Source: Mobula hypostoma (Eukaryota). Taken from it: a stretch of DNA of 64,000 nucleotides. A program made the translations under genes and the position numbers. The DNA is taken from contig NC_086097.1 in NCBI RefSeq assembly GCF_963921235.1, forward strand, positions 123,196,001-123,260,000, written 5' to 3'. The notes under the pieces are model-generated. The model was not told the origin of the DNA. It searched no databases and saw only the letters and a program-made list of their open reading frames with translations. Of this stretch, positions 1 to 12,309 are shown piece after piece. Each line of letters begins with the position of its first letter. Within the stretch, counting starts at the first letter, position 1.

Positions 1-238
1 CATCCAGTGAGTGGCAGTCCTGTGGGTTAAAAAACACTTTGTTAATGAGAAAGGTCAGAGGAGAATGGCCAGACTGGTTCAAACTGACCAGAAGGTGAAA
101 GTAACTCAATTAACTTGTGTTTTAACAGTGGTGTGCAGAAGAGCATCTCTGAATGCACAGCATGTTGAACCTTGAAGTGGATGGGCTACAGCAGCAGAAA
201 ACCACGAACAGGAGGTACCTAATAAAGATGCTACTGAG
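1..238 (+). mobile_element. Non-autonomous Tc1-family element, right part (cut by the window edge)
   Basis: Transposase N-terminal remnant (RMARLVQ...KSISE...LKWMGYSSR) followed by degenerate right TIR acctaataaagatgctactgag; same family as 7880-8407. Confidence 0.8.
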
Positions 239-424
239 GATATAAATAATCCTAATAAAACAACAGCTAGCATTTATATAGCACCCTTTATGTAGAAAAT
301 CATCTGATAAGGCTTTGGTGCAGCATCATTAATTAATATTTGATACTGAGATGCATGAAGAGATATTGGGCCATGTGGACAAATGCTTGATTAAAGCAAT
401 TGTTTATAAGAATCTTCTCTGAGG

Positions 425-815
425 AATGTCACCTTTTCGTAGTGGAGAGGTCTGTGAATTCCTGAGACTCAGACAGTGATTCTATCTGGACCTTAGCTCC
501 TGGTAGGGTCAGCCATGGCAGTAAAGTCAAAGGGGAGGTTCCAGACAAAGACAGATTCATCCAAGAGCTCAGCGGTGGAGCTGATGGAAGATGGTGACAC
601 ATTGCAATGGCAGTGAAGGCTGCAGCAGGGAAAGGTCCACAATCGTCTCGCATTTCATGCCATTGGACCCTGATCCCGATCTGTCAAGGAGCTTGTGGTG
701 GATGCCCATACATCAGCCTCCTCACATTAAGGAAAGTCACAAACTGGTGTTCTCCATTGTGGAATAACGCCTTTGGAGAACATCACAGCCATCTCAAGTG
801 ATCGCACTACTTCTT
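425..815 (+). mobile_element. Probable RTE-clade LINE 5' UTR-derived repeat
   Basis: ctcctggtagggtcagccatggcagtaaagtcaaaggggaggttccagacaaag resembles recalled fish RTE (Expander/Rex3-type) 5' UTRs; no ORF support. Confidence 0.3.
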
Positions 816-864
816 ACAGGGAATATCTTGAGAGAGGGGGGAAATGTACGAAGGTGGAAATGTA

Positions 865-1165
865 AAGATAAAGATTAGCTTTATTTGTCACATGTCCATC
901 AAAACATTGGAACTACAGTGAATTGCATCGTTCTCATCAAATCAGCTTTGATTGTGCGAGGGACAGCCCGCAAATGCCACCACTCTTCTAGCGCTAACAC
1001 AGCATGCCCATAATTCACTAACCTCAACCACACATTTTTGGAATGCGGGAGGAAACCAAAGCACCCAGAGGAAACCCACACAGTCACGGGGAGAACGTAG
1101 AAACTCCTTACAGACAGTGGCAGGAATCAAACCCTAATCTTACACCTGATGCTGTAAAGCACTGT
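865..1165 (-). mobile_element. tRNA-derived V-domain SINE (HE1-like)
   Basis: Reverse complement has a tRNA-like head, V core gtgggtttcctctgggtgctttggtttcctcccgcattccaaa and tail acatgtgacaaataaagctaatct; many copies in the window. Confidence 0.8.
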
Positions 1166-1714
1166 GCTCAAAACAGGGAACCTAGACAACACAAAGTGCC
1201 ATTATCCAATGCCCGGGAGCCAACGTAAGCCAAGAAGCAAAGGGGTAATGGCTGACTTGGATCTAGGTGAAAGACTGACTGAGAAAGCGTTGAAATACTT
1301 GTCTCTGGAGGGAGAAGTTTTATTTCATTTAGGCACTACATGCATGAAAGCTTAGGTTACAGATGGGGTGAGAAGAGAACAATGAGTTATTATACCTGAA
1401 GAGCAGTAATTATACAATAATCATATAAAACAAAGTTGTTTCTTTTACACTTCTTTTCCAGTGATGCAATCACTGGTACAGCAGTTGTTGTTGTCTGTCC
1501 CCAGTTGCTGCAAGGTCTTTAGGAACTCCTGCAGAAGTCTGATATAGCTATCCTGGCTTGCTGGCCCAGGGATCCAAGTGGGACAAAGTTACCTTTTCCT
1601 GAAGGACATATGCGAGCCTGTTAGGTTTTTAACCACTTCATTAATGAACCCGCTGGAGGCTGGAAGCTGAAAACAGCCTATTCTGTTGCCTGTTGTATTC
1701 TATTATTCTGCTGA

Positions 1715-2160
1715 GAACTGCGGGCATGCTACGTTGGCGACGGCATGTAGGACAACACTTCCCGTCTGGCCCCAGCACATCCTCAGATGTGTTGGTTGTT
1801 GACACAAAATGACACATTTCTGTATGTCTCGATGTGCACATAATAAATCAATTTGAAATTTGAATCTTGATACCATATTTTACTCTCTAGATTATTTTGA
1901 AGCTTTCTTGAAACTGTGAACAGTGGCATAACAGTTAAAAAATGCTATTACAACACCAACAACCCGGGTTTAATTCCTACCGTTCCCTGTAAGGAGTCTA
2001 CATGTGTTCCCCGTGACCGCACAGTACTCCACCAGGTGCTCTGGTTCCTCTCACTTCCAAAGTCGTACGAGTTAGTAGGCTAATTGGTCACACGGGTGCA
2101 AATGGGCCAAACGAGCACTTGGGCTGGAAGAGCCGGTCACCGCGCTGTATCTCCAAAAAG
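1715..2160 (+). mobile_element. Two SINE pieces: 3' half (about 1715-1865) and a V-SINE (about 1920-2160)
   Basis: gggcatgctacgttggcg...gatgtgcacataataaatc tail; ccgggtttaattcc B-box-like motif followed by a degenerate V core. Confidence 0.7.
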
Positions 2161-3470
2161 AAATCCACATTGCCTGCATTCGTAGTCCTTGTCTCTGAAT
2201 TATTCATCTGGGTACATATGACAATTAGCAAGGTAAGTAACATTTAAGAAGCTAATTAAAAATAAGAAAAAGGCAAAAACGATAGCAAATAGAGATTGCT
2301 CAACCTATTATTTGAAGATATGGCACTATTAAAATAAAAGAGAAAGGTCAAAAACTTAGAATGTACACAACAAAAATCAACTAGCTTAGTCTGAACAAAT
2401 ATGAAACAGAATGTTTGAAAGAGCAATTTTAAGTGAGATTACAAGAAAACTAGTGGCTAAAATTTCTGCAGAAAGTAAAGGAAGAGGTCATTAAACTATA
2501 CATTAAAACCTAAGAAAATATATTAAAACATTAAATAATCTGAGGAAAGGAAAGATATAGAAGCAGATAAACATAAAAATTGAAAATGCTATAACAGAGA
2601 TTAGGTAAAAACCATAAAAATGCAAATCGCATCAAAACTGATAAAATGTAGAAGACAGCCAATATTCTAAATGATTAGTTCCTCCAAGTTGTTAACAAAG
2701 GTTAGCATGCCCTCCAGAAACAGACATAATCAAAGTCAAAGAAATCATTTTGTTGTAACTGATCTGGAAGTCACAGATAAGGTAAACGAGCTCAAAAATA
2801 AATAAACCCTGAGTGAGACATGGTACTCATCCCTGATTTCAGACAGACACTAGGTCGGAGACTTGCAGAGAAACTACTTCTTGAGAGCATTATTGGACCC
2901 TCATGAGATATCAAGCTCCACACCTTCATTATTACAATATTTATTATGCTTACATTATTAAAGTGCCCTTACTTCTGTTGACATTTAAATACCAGATCCA
3001 TAATACTGCTCTCTCTTCGAACAAGCATTTCTCAATATGGCAAAACATCCCTTTTCTTTTCCTGAATGTCCAGGATTTTATAGTATTCTTCCAATATCCA
3101 TTAAAGCTAATATTCCAGCCTCAACAATCCTGATATTATCTCCATTTTTTTTCTTTGCTAAACTGATGACTATATTGGCGTTGCTTCCTTCCCCTGTGTG
3201 GAATTTGTCAATTTTATCACCTTCACTACTAATTTCCACCTCACTCAAATTCACTTTGACCATTTACAACACCTCTCTCTGCTTTCTGGATCTTGGGAAG
3301 CAATCTATCCACTGGTGTTAACTATAAGCTCATTGACTCCACAGCTACCTCGATAACACCTCTCCTCGTCATGTCTCTTGCAAGGACACCGTCCCTTACT
3401 GCATCCTCACCCTTCCTACCTCTTTCTGGCTCCACCAGCTCTACTCTGATTTTCTTTTCTTTCCCTTGTC

Positions 3471-4014
3471 TACACACTGTGGCCACTTCATCAGAAACAC
3501 CTGCTCGTTAATGTAAATATCTAATCAGCCAATCATGTGGTAGCAGCTTGATGCATAAAAGCAGGCAGACATGGTTAAGAGGTTCAGTTGTTTCTCAGAC
3601 CAAACATCAGAAGGCAGAAGAAATGTGATCTAAATGACTTTGACTGTGGAATGATTGTTGGTGGTAGACAGGGTGTTTTCAGTATCTCAGAAGTTGCTGA
3701 TCTCTCTGTAAACTCCTAGAGTTTACAGAGAGTTTGAAAAACAAAACACATCCAGTAGCGAGAATTATTTTGGTGAAAATGCCTTGTTAATGAGAGTGGT
3801 CAGAGGAAAATGGCCAGACTTGCTCAAGCTGACAGGTCACCGATAGTAATACAAATAAATGAGCATTACAACAATGGTGTGCAGAAGAGCATCTCTGAAA
3901 GCACAAAACGTCAAACCTTGATGTGGATGGGCTACAACAGCAGAAGACCACAAACCTACACTCAGTAACTACTTTAGGTACCGGAGGTATCTAATAAAAT
4001 GGCCTCTGAGTGTA
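3471..4014 (+). mobile_element. Non-autonomous Tc1-family element (HTH remnant only)
   Basis: TA-flanked TIRs (tacacactgtggccactt ... aaaatggcctctgagtgta); internal remnant of MGKKCDLSDFD...GYSSRRP. Confidence 0.85.
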
Positions 4015-4299
4015 TCATTTGTTTGCCTCTGCCTCTCAAGAGCATCCTCGCTCCCCCCACTACCTGATCATCCCCACCATCACCACTCCACCAGCACCAC
4101 CTGGCTCCATCAGCCCATCTTCACTCAAAACCTCCTCAGGTCCTCACCTACCCTGTCTCACCCTTTCTATCACTTCTATACACTGGCTATCTTCTCTCCG
4201 CACTTTGACTCTCAGTCCTGAGAAATGGTCTTGACCCAAAGTGTTGACAGATCTTTTTCCCACCGAGGATGCTGCTCAACCAGCTAAGTTTCTCCAGCA

Positions 4300-4492
4300 A
4301 CACACATAAAAATTGCTGGTGAACTCAGCAGGCCAGGCAGCATCTCTAGGAAGAGGTACAGTCGATGTTTCAGGCCGAGACCCTTCGTCAGGACTAACTG
4401 AAAGAAGCAAAGGCTACCACAGCTGCTGCGTTCACCGGCAATTTTTATGTGTGTTGCTTGAAATTCCAGCATCTACAGATTTCCTCGTGTTG
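4300..4492 (+). mobile_element. Young Penelope-derived fold-back insertion
   Basis: Flanked by aagtttctc(c/t)agca repeats (4286-4299, 4493-4506); an inverted pseudo-LTR segment followed by a direct segment with tail ...cagatttcctcgtgtt. Confidence 0.8.
4359..4396 (-). ncRNA. Minimal type I hammerhead ribozyme motif (PLE-associated), variant stem III
   Basis: Minus strand: uAGUC-CUGACGA-AGG gucucgg CCU-GAAA-CAUC-GACUG. Core boxes intact; stem III is ACAU instead of palindromic ACGU. Confidence 0.6.
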
Positions 4493-4869
4493 AAGTTTCT
4501 CTAGCAGTTTGTTTTATTTTTTGTTCTAGATTCCAGCAACTGCAGTCTCTTAAACCTATCTTCATTATTTCATGTTTTTTTAAGATTGAAAAACACTTTT
4601 CTTTGCTAGAGGCTTAAAACAGTGAGGACACCAGAACTTGTGTCGAAGATACAGAGAAGAGGCTTGTGGCTCCTCAGCACACGTTTCTATGGTTTAGCTG
4701 ACTTAACCATGACCTAGCACACTATCTGCATTCTGCAGCAGATTATACTTTTTCTTTATTCTTGTTGCAGTGCTGTTTTTTGCAGTTAGAATAATATAGC
4801 TTTGTGGCTGCCCCATATACCGCCATCAACACCACCCCCTGTCACGTCTCCCACCAATTTGTTACTCTA

Positions 4870-5490
4870 TCACAACTTAATTTTAAGAATAGTTCCCCCA
4901 AGCTAATCAGACTGATCAACACCTCTATCGATGAACCCACCTCACCACCACTACTATATCAATTCCTCTCAGTCACTTTATGTACACACACTCCTCTACC
5001 TACATACAATCAGTCTATGTATTTAAGCTAATCTTAGGTATTTGTATTAATTGTGTTATTTATGTTTATTGTGTCTTTTTATGCTATATCAGATCTGAAA
5101 TATAATCATTTTGATCTCCTTTGCGCTTGTATACTGAAGAATGACAATAAACAATTTTGAAGCCTGAATCGTAAAGAATGGTTAAAGCTATTGCCTGCAA
5201 TGCATACAGGACCCTCTGTCATCTCTAATTAATTTTTTGAGGAGGGTGTCTCCAAAGAGTGCTAAATGAGGTAATTCTTACCCCCGGCCATTAGGCTCTA
5301 TAATGAGTCAACCTATAACTGGGTAAGTAATAACCTCCTCCTGTTAGACTGTTTGAGGTAACTTATTTTTTATTCTTTCTTACTTCTCTTCTAATATTTG
5401 TATATTATATACCTATGCACTTGTAATGCTACCGTGACACTGTAATTTATTTTGGGATCAATAAAGTATCTACCTATCTATCTATCTGTC
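4870..5490 (+). mobile_element. Two Rex1-like LINE 3' ends
   Basis: FKNSSPKLIRLIN C-terminal remnant; second piece ends gggatcaataaagtatctacctatctatctatct, a (TATC)n tail. Confidence 0.6.
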
Positions 5491-5689
5491 TTCTCTGTCA
5501 GGTGAAGTTATTGGGAAATCAGGAGGACAACTGGAGACCAGATTGAAAAACCTTTTCCAGTGAGGCACAGGAAGCCAATTATGGGTCCCATGAAATAAAT
5601 CTCAGCTTCTGCTCTACAAGCTCCCTCATATCCCCTGAGCCTCCTTATGTAAACAGGCAGCTACAAGACCACCCACCATGCTGGGTCTA

Positions 5690-6367
5690 TGATCAAATAT
5701 AGATAAAACAAAATTGATAAACTGCACCAACAGCAGACCCATAGTGATGAGAGATACAACCCTAGAAGAAGTGACTTCCTTTGTCTACCTTGGAAGCATT
5801 GTGAATATATATGGTGGAACAGATGATGATGTCAAAGCCAGGATCAACAAAGCCAGAGTAGTTTTCAGCATCTTGAAGATAGGGTGGGCATCCAGAGTCA
5901 TATCAAGGAAAACCAAATCAGAATCTTCAACTCAAATGTTAAAACAGTGCTCCTATATGGCTCTGACACCTGGAAGACAACCACAAAGACACTACGAAAA
6001 CAGCAGGTGGTGCGTGAGAAAGAATCTAGACATCAGATAGACTGGCAAGTTAACCAACCAGACTGTGGGACAACACTAACTAGGAATCCATAGAGATGCA
6101 AATATGAAAATGGAAATGGAAGTGGATTGACCGCAGGTTGAGGAAGCCAACCAAAATCACCAGGTGGGCATTAAAATGGAATCCCCAAGGAAAGAAGACA
6201 AAGGGACACCCAAAGAACACATGGAGGCAAGACATCGAGGCCGAAATTAGATGATGGGGATACTCGTGGTTCACCCTTGAGAAATTGCCTCAGAACAGAG
6301 GAGGATGGAGATGGGAGGTCCTTGATGGCCTCTGCTCCACTGGGAGCCAAGGGCCCAAGAAGAAGAA
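5690..6367 (+). mobile_element. RTE-clade LINE, 5'-truncated 3' fragment
   Basis: LEEVTSFVYLGSIV...GGTDDDVKARINKAR and IRIFNSNVKTVLLYGSDTW are typical RTE C-terminal motifs; ends in agaagaaga tail; frameshifted. Confidence 0.85.
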
Positions 6368-6371
6368 CACA

Positions 6372-6926
6372 AGAGTATTGTGAACAGTTTTGGGCCCCTC
6401 ATCTTAGAAAACATGTGCTGGCATTGGAGAGGGTCCAGAGGAGGTTCGCAAGGATGATTCAGAAATGAAAGGGTTATCATATGAGGAACGATTGATGGCT
6501 CTGTATTTGTACTCACTGGAATTCAGAAGGATGAGTGGGGATCTCATTGAAACCTTTTGCATTTTGAAAGGCGTAGACAGAGTAGATGTGGAAAGCATGT
6601 TTCCCATGGTGGGAGAGTCTAGGACAAGAGGGCACAACCTCAGGATAGAAGGACGCCCTTTCAAAACAGAGATGCAGAGAAATTTCTTTAGCCAAAGAGT
6701 GGTGAACTTGTGCACATGCAGCTATGGAGGTCAGGTTGCTGGGTGTATTTAAAGCAGAGCTTGATAGGTTCTTGATTGGATATGGCATCAAACATTACGG
6801 GGAGAAGGCCAGGAACTGGGGTTGTGGAGGAGATAGAAGAAAAGATCAGCCATAATTGAATGGTGGAGCAGACTCCATTGGCCAGATAGCCTAATTCTGC
6901 TCCTATGTCTTATGGTCTTATGGTCT
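6372..6926 (+). mobile_element. CR1 LINE 3' fragment
   Basis: EYCEQFWAPHLRKHVLALERVQRRF...SRTRGHNL...FFSQRVVNL; 3' UTR with (TTATGGTC)n tail. Confidence 0.9.
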
Positions 6927-7194
6927 AGGGCCACCTAGCTGATTGTGGCAAATAGCCCCATCTCATCAACTAGCTGTCTTTTCTCTTTGGAAACACCAAA
7001 CAAGTTTCAGTGGCAACCTAGCTGAGCTTGACAGTTCCAGTCAATCCTACCCTTTGTGGTCCACACACAGCACCACCAAGAATTAAACACATCCCACTAG
7101 AATACCCTCACTGTAAAGTGCTCTCTTCCAGTGATTAACCCTCTGTACATACACAGTAGGAGACTGTAATTAGGGACACTGTGCGTACCGAAGT

Positions 7195-7440
7195 TTAGTT
7201 TGATTTGGAGATACAGCACAGTATCAGGCCCTTCTGGCCCATAAGCCCACACCACTCAATTGCACCCATGCGGCCAATTTACCTGCTAACCCATATGTCT
7301 TTGCAATATAAGAGGAAACCAGAGTAAACTCACATGTTCATGGGGAGAAGGTACAAATTCCTTACAGACAGCGGCAGGAAGTAAACCCAGGTCGCTATGC
7401 TGTAATTGTGTTACACTAACCACTATTCTACCGTGCTGCC
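7195..7440 (-). mobile_element. V-domain SINE
   Basis: Same head and core as other copies, reverse orientation. Confidence 0.7.
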
Positions 7441-7879
7441 CCATGCCAGCCATGACTTTTGTTGTTGCTAGACAATTAATTATGCCCTTTTAGAATGTGT
7501 AACTAATTCCGTGGCAATAATACTTTTTGGGGATCACCTCTTCCAAAACAGTTAAAAACTTGTTTTATCCTGAATAGTATAAATTGATCCAATACGGATT
7601 GATACCTCCTTCATCTTCTTATTTGTGATGAATGGCTTCATTACAGTTGGCATGAAAGAGTAAAAAGATCATCTCCCAGAATAGATAAATACCAAAATAA
7701 ACCTTTCCTTTCATCAGTTAATGTTCTAAGATTTCTCAGTGAAAGACTGAGACATATTTGCTCAGCCTGTTCAGTGAAATTCTTGAAAAACTAAACATTT
7801 AGAGTGGTCAAGAAAAATGGATAACTTGATCATGGGTGTTAAACACAATTAACTTAAGCTGGTAATGCTAACTGAAAAG

Positions 7880-8407
7880 TACACGTAGTGGCCTCTTTAT
7901 TAGGTACACCTGTTTGCTAATGCAAATATCTAATCAGCAACTCAGTGCATAAAAGCATGAATACATGGTCAAGAGGTTCAGTTGTAGTTCAGACCATATG
8001 TCAGAACGGGGAAGAAATGTGATTTAAGAGACTTTGACTGCGGAATGATCGTTGGTGCTAGATGAATGGTTTGAGTATCGAAGAAACTACTGATCTCCTG
8101 TGATTTTCACACACAAGTCTCTAGAGTTTACAGAAAATGGTGCAAAAAAAAAACAAAAAAAAAAAACCAGTGAGCAGTTCTGTCGTTGAAAATGGCTTGT
8201 AATTAGGGAAGTCAGATGAAAATGGCCAGACTGGTTCAAGATGACAGGAAGGCAACAGTGACTCAAATAACCACGTGTTAGAACAGGGGTGTGTAGAAGA
8301 GCATCTCTGAGTGCATATCACATCCAACTTTGAAGTGGATGGGCTACAGCAAGAGGAGACCACACTGGGTTCCACTCCTGTATCTAATAAAGTGGCCACT
8401 GAGTGTA
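7880..8407 (+). mobile_element. Non-autonomous Tc1-family element
   Basis: TA...TA with TIRs cacgtagtggcctctttattaggtac / ctaataaagtggccactgagtg; internal HTH-domain remnant. Confidence 0.88.
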
Positions 8408-8719
8408 TCCCCAATAAATTTTACATGAGCACAGTGTAATCAAAGGTGAAGGCAGATTGGTATTATAGAAAGTTGCATTTATTATTAATTTGACAATAAA
8501 ATGCAAAGAACATCTGGTCAGCTCACTACTGCAATTATGAAATACTCATGACTCAAGTTATTGCTACACAAATTATTACAGCATTTAAGAAGATGTAATT
8601 AATTACATTGCAATAGTTAAAAAGCCATTACAAATGCACAGCATGTAAATCTCAATGACTCCTCAAAGTCATTTTCAATTTTAATGGTTTATTTGTGAGG
8701 ACAGATTCAATTATTTGCT

Positions 8720-8990
8720 TATCAGTGATAGTATCACAGCTGCAGAAAGGGAGGATACCTTGGAGAAATTGTCTTCTGAGTTAGTGTGAGTGGAGGTCAG
8801 AGGAAGGGAGTGATCATCCTATTAGGAATTTTCCATAAACCTCCCCACCCCAATAGCAACAGAGCAGGTTTTGGAAAGGTGCAAAAATAACTGGGTTGTC
8901 AACAGGGACTTCAACTTCCCTGATATTGATTGGCAGCCACTTACAACAAAAGGTTACAACAAAAATTCTTGGAGCAGAATTTGTTAGGTG
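8720..8990 (+). mobile_element. Decayed CR1 endonuclease-region fragment
   Basis: GDFNFPDIDW-like remnant (gggacttcaacttccctgatattgattgg) and GAEFVRC. Confidence 0.65.
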
Positions 8991-9004
8991 TGCTGCTGAG
9001 GTAA

Positions 9005-9206
9005 TGTTCATAAGTTCATTGTCCGTTCAAAAATCTGACGGTGGAAGGGAAGAATCTGTTCCTGAAATGTTGAGTGCGTGTCATCAGGCTCCTGCGTTAC
9101 TCTCCGCCTTGATGCTAGCAATGAAAAGAGGGTCCGTCCTGGGTGATGGGAGTCCTTATTGATGGGTGCTGACTTTTTGAGGCATCACATTTTGTAGCTG
9201 TCCTGG
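9005..9206 (-). mobile_element. Rex1-like LINE 3' relic that hosts the large CR1 insertion (appears to resume at about 13701)
   Basis: Similar to other Rex-like copies in the window (gtcctgggtgatgggagtccttattgatgg); broken at gtcctgg | ctggaaaggcta. Confidence 0.55.
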
Positions 9207-9344
9207 ATAACCATATAACCATATAACAATTACAGCACAGAAACAGACCATCTCGGCCCTCCTAGTCCGTGCCGAACGCTTATTCTCACTTAGTCCCATC
9301 TACCTGTACTCAGCCCATAACCCTCCGTTCCTTTCCTGTCCATA

Positions 9345-12110
9345 TATCTATCCAATTTTTTTTTTTAATGACAAAATCGAATCTGTCTCTACCACTTCTA
9401 CTGGAAGCTCGTTCCATATCGCTACCGCTCTCTGAGTAAAGAAGTTCCCCCCATTGTAACCCCTAAACTTTTGCCCCTTAACTCTCAACTCATGTCCTCT
9501 TGTTTGACTCTCCCCACCTCTCAATGGAAAAAGCCTATCCACGTCAACTCTATCTATCCCCCTCATAATTTTAAATACCTCTATCAAGTACCCCTTCAAC
9601 CTTCTACACTCCAAAGAATAAAGACCTAACTTGTTCAACCTTTCTCTGTAACTTGGGTGCTGAAACCCTGATAACATTCTAGTAAATCTCCTCTGTACTC
9701 TCTCTATTTTGTTGACATCTTTCCTATAATTCGGTGACTAGAACTGTACACAATACTCCAAATTTGGCTTCACCAATGCCTTGTACAATTTTAACATTAC
9801 ATCCCAACTCCTGTACTCAATGCTCTGATTTATAAAGGCCAGCATACCAAAAGTTTTCTTCACCACCCAATCCAAATGAGTTTCCACCTTCGGGGAACTA
9901 TGCACCATTATTCCTAGATCCTTCTGTTCTACTGCATTCCTCAATGCCCTACCATTTACCATGTATGTCCTATTTTGATTAGTCCTACCAAAATGTAGCA
10001 CCCTCACACTTATCAGCATTAAACTCCATCTGCCATCTTTCAACCCACTCTTCTAACTGGCCTAAATCTCTCTGCAAGCTTTGAAAATCTACTTCATTAA
10101 CCACAACGCCACCTATCTTAGTATCATCTGCATACTTACTCATCCAATTTACCACCCCATCATCCAGATCATTAATGTATATGACAAACAACATTGGACC
10201 CAGTACAGATCACTGAGGCACACCACTAGTCACCGGCCTCCAACCTGACAAACAGTTATCCACCACTACTCTCTGGCATCTCCCATCCAGCCACTGTTGA
10301 ATCCATTTTATACTTCAATATTAATACCTAACGACTGAACCTTCCTGACTAACCTTCCGTGTGGAACCTTCTCAAAGGCCTTACTGAAGTCCATATAGAC
10401 AACATCCACCATTTTATCCTCGTCAATTTTCCTAGTAACCTCTTCAAAAAATTCAATAAGATTTATCAAACATGACCTTCCACATACAAATCCATGTGGA
10501 CTGTTCCTAAGCAGACCCTGTCTATCCAGATAATTATATATACCATCTCTAAGAATACTTTCCATTAATTTACCCACCACTGACGTCAAACTTACAGGCC
10601 AATAATTATTAGGTTTACTCTTTGAATCCTTTTTAAACAATGGACCACATAAGCAAGACACCAATCCTCCAGTACCATCCCCGTTTCTAACGACATTTGA
10701 AATATTTCTGTCAGCGCCCCTGTTATTTCTACACTAACTTCCCTCAAGGTCCTAGGGAATATCCTGTCAGGACCCGGAGACTTATGCACTTTTATATTCC
10801 TTAAAAATGCCAGTACTTCCTCTTCTTTAATCATCATAGTTTCAATAACTACCCTACTTGTTTCCCTTACCTTACACAATTCAGTATCCTTCACCTTAGT
10901 GAATACCGAAGAAAAGAAATTGTTCAAAATCTCCCCCATCTCTTTTGGCTCCGCACATAGCTATTCACTCTGATTCTCTAAGGGACCAATTTTACACTCA
11001 CTACCCTTTTGCTATTAATATAACTGTAGAATCCCTTGGGATTTATTTTCACCTCACTTGTCAAAGCAACATCCTATCTCCTTTTAGCTTTTCTAATCTC
11101 TTTCTTAAGATTCTTTTTACATTCTTTATATTCCTCGAGGACCTCACTTACTCCATGCTTCCTATATTTATTGTAGATCTCTCTCTTTTTCCGAACCAAG
11201 TTTCCAAGATCCCTTGAAAACCACGGCTCTCTCAAACTTTTAACCTTTCCTTTCAACCTAACAGGAATATGAAGATTCTGTACTGTCAAAATTTCAACTT
11301 TAAATGACCTCCATTTCTCTATTACATCCTTCCCATAAAACAAATTGTCCCAATCCACTCCTTCTAAATCCTTTCGCATCTCCTCAAAGTTAGCCTTTCT
11401 CCAATCAAAAATCTCAACCCTGGGTCCAAGTCCTATCCTTCTCCATAATTATATTGAAAATAATGGCATTGTGATCACTGGACCCGAAGTGCTCCCCAAC
11501 ACATACCTCCGTCACTTGACCTATTTCATTCCCTAACAGAAGATCCAACACTGCCCCTTCTCTAGTTGGTACCTCTACGTATTGCTGCAAAAAACTATCC
11601 TGCACACATTTTACAAACTCCAAACCATCCAGCCCTTTTACAGAATGGGTTTCCCAGTCTATGTCAGAAAAATTAAAATCTCCCACAATCACAAACTTAT
11701 GCTGACTACAAATATCTACTATCTCCTTACAAATTTGCTCCTCCAATTCTCACTCCCCATTAGGTGGTCTATAATACACCCCTATAAGCGTTACTACACC
11801 TTTCCCATTCCTCAATTCTACCCAAATAGCTTCCCTAGACAAGCCCTCTAATCTATCCTGCCAAAGCACCACTGTAATATTTTCTCTGACAAGCTATGCT
11901 ACACCTCCTCCTCTTGCCCCTCCGATTATATCATACCTGAAGCAATGAAATCCAGGAATATTTAGTTGCCAATCACACCCCTCCAGCAACCGTGTTTCAC
12001 TAATAGCTACAACATCATATTTCCAGGTATCAATCCATGCTCTAAGCTCATCCACCTTTCTTACAATGCTCCTAGCATTAAAACAGATGCATTTAAGAAA
12101 CTCTCCACCT
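9345..12110 (-). pseudogene. CR1 ORF2 (apurinic endonuclease + reverse transcriptase), frameshifted
   Basis: Split over ORFs 11894-12796 (C-terminal part), 11414-11746, 11074-11379, 10592-10939, 10308-10664, 9985-10194, 9738-10043 and 9348-9677. Confidence 0.92.
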
Positions 12111-12309
12111 CTTACTCTCTCTTTAATCCTAATGGTGCAAACAACTTTATTATCTTTTTCTTCCTTCTCCCCTACATCTTCGGTCTGAGTGCTCCCCTTC
12201 TCTGTCACCTGACTATCCTCCCTCACACACTGTCTACTAGCTTTCTCTATTTGTGAACTACCCTCCTCTCTCCTAGTCTCCTCAATCTGATTCCCACCCC
12301 CCCAACCAT

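Larger units (their letters stand above)
3200..4560 (+). mobile_element. Old Penelope-like element relic (RT remnant plus pyrimidine-rich 3' end), interrupted by a Tc1 derivative and a younger Penelope insertion
   Basis: SLCFLDL...LSTGVNYKLIDS resembles the PLE RT motif LPFLDL...LSTDIYYKPTDSH; degenerate pseudo-LTR cagtcctgagaaatggtcttgacccaaag...gatgctgc at about 4213-4275. Confidence 0.6.

Noticed and set aside
425..815. Possible HDV-like ribozyme in the RTE-like 5' UTR segments (also 47905-48370)
   Set aside because: RTE 5' UTRs can carry them, but I could not build the nested double pseudoknot by eye; needs an RNArobo or Infernal search.
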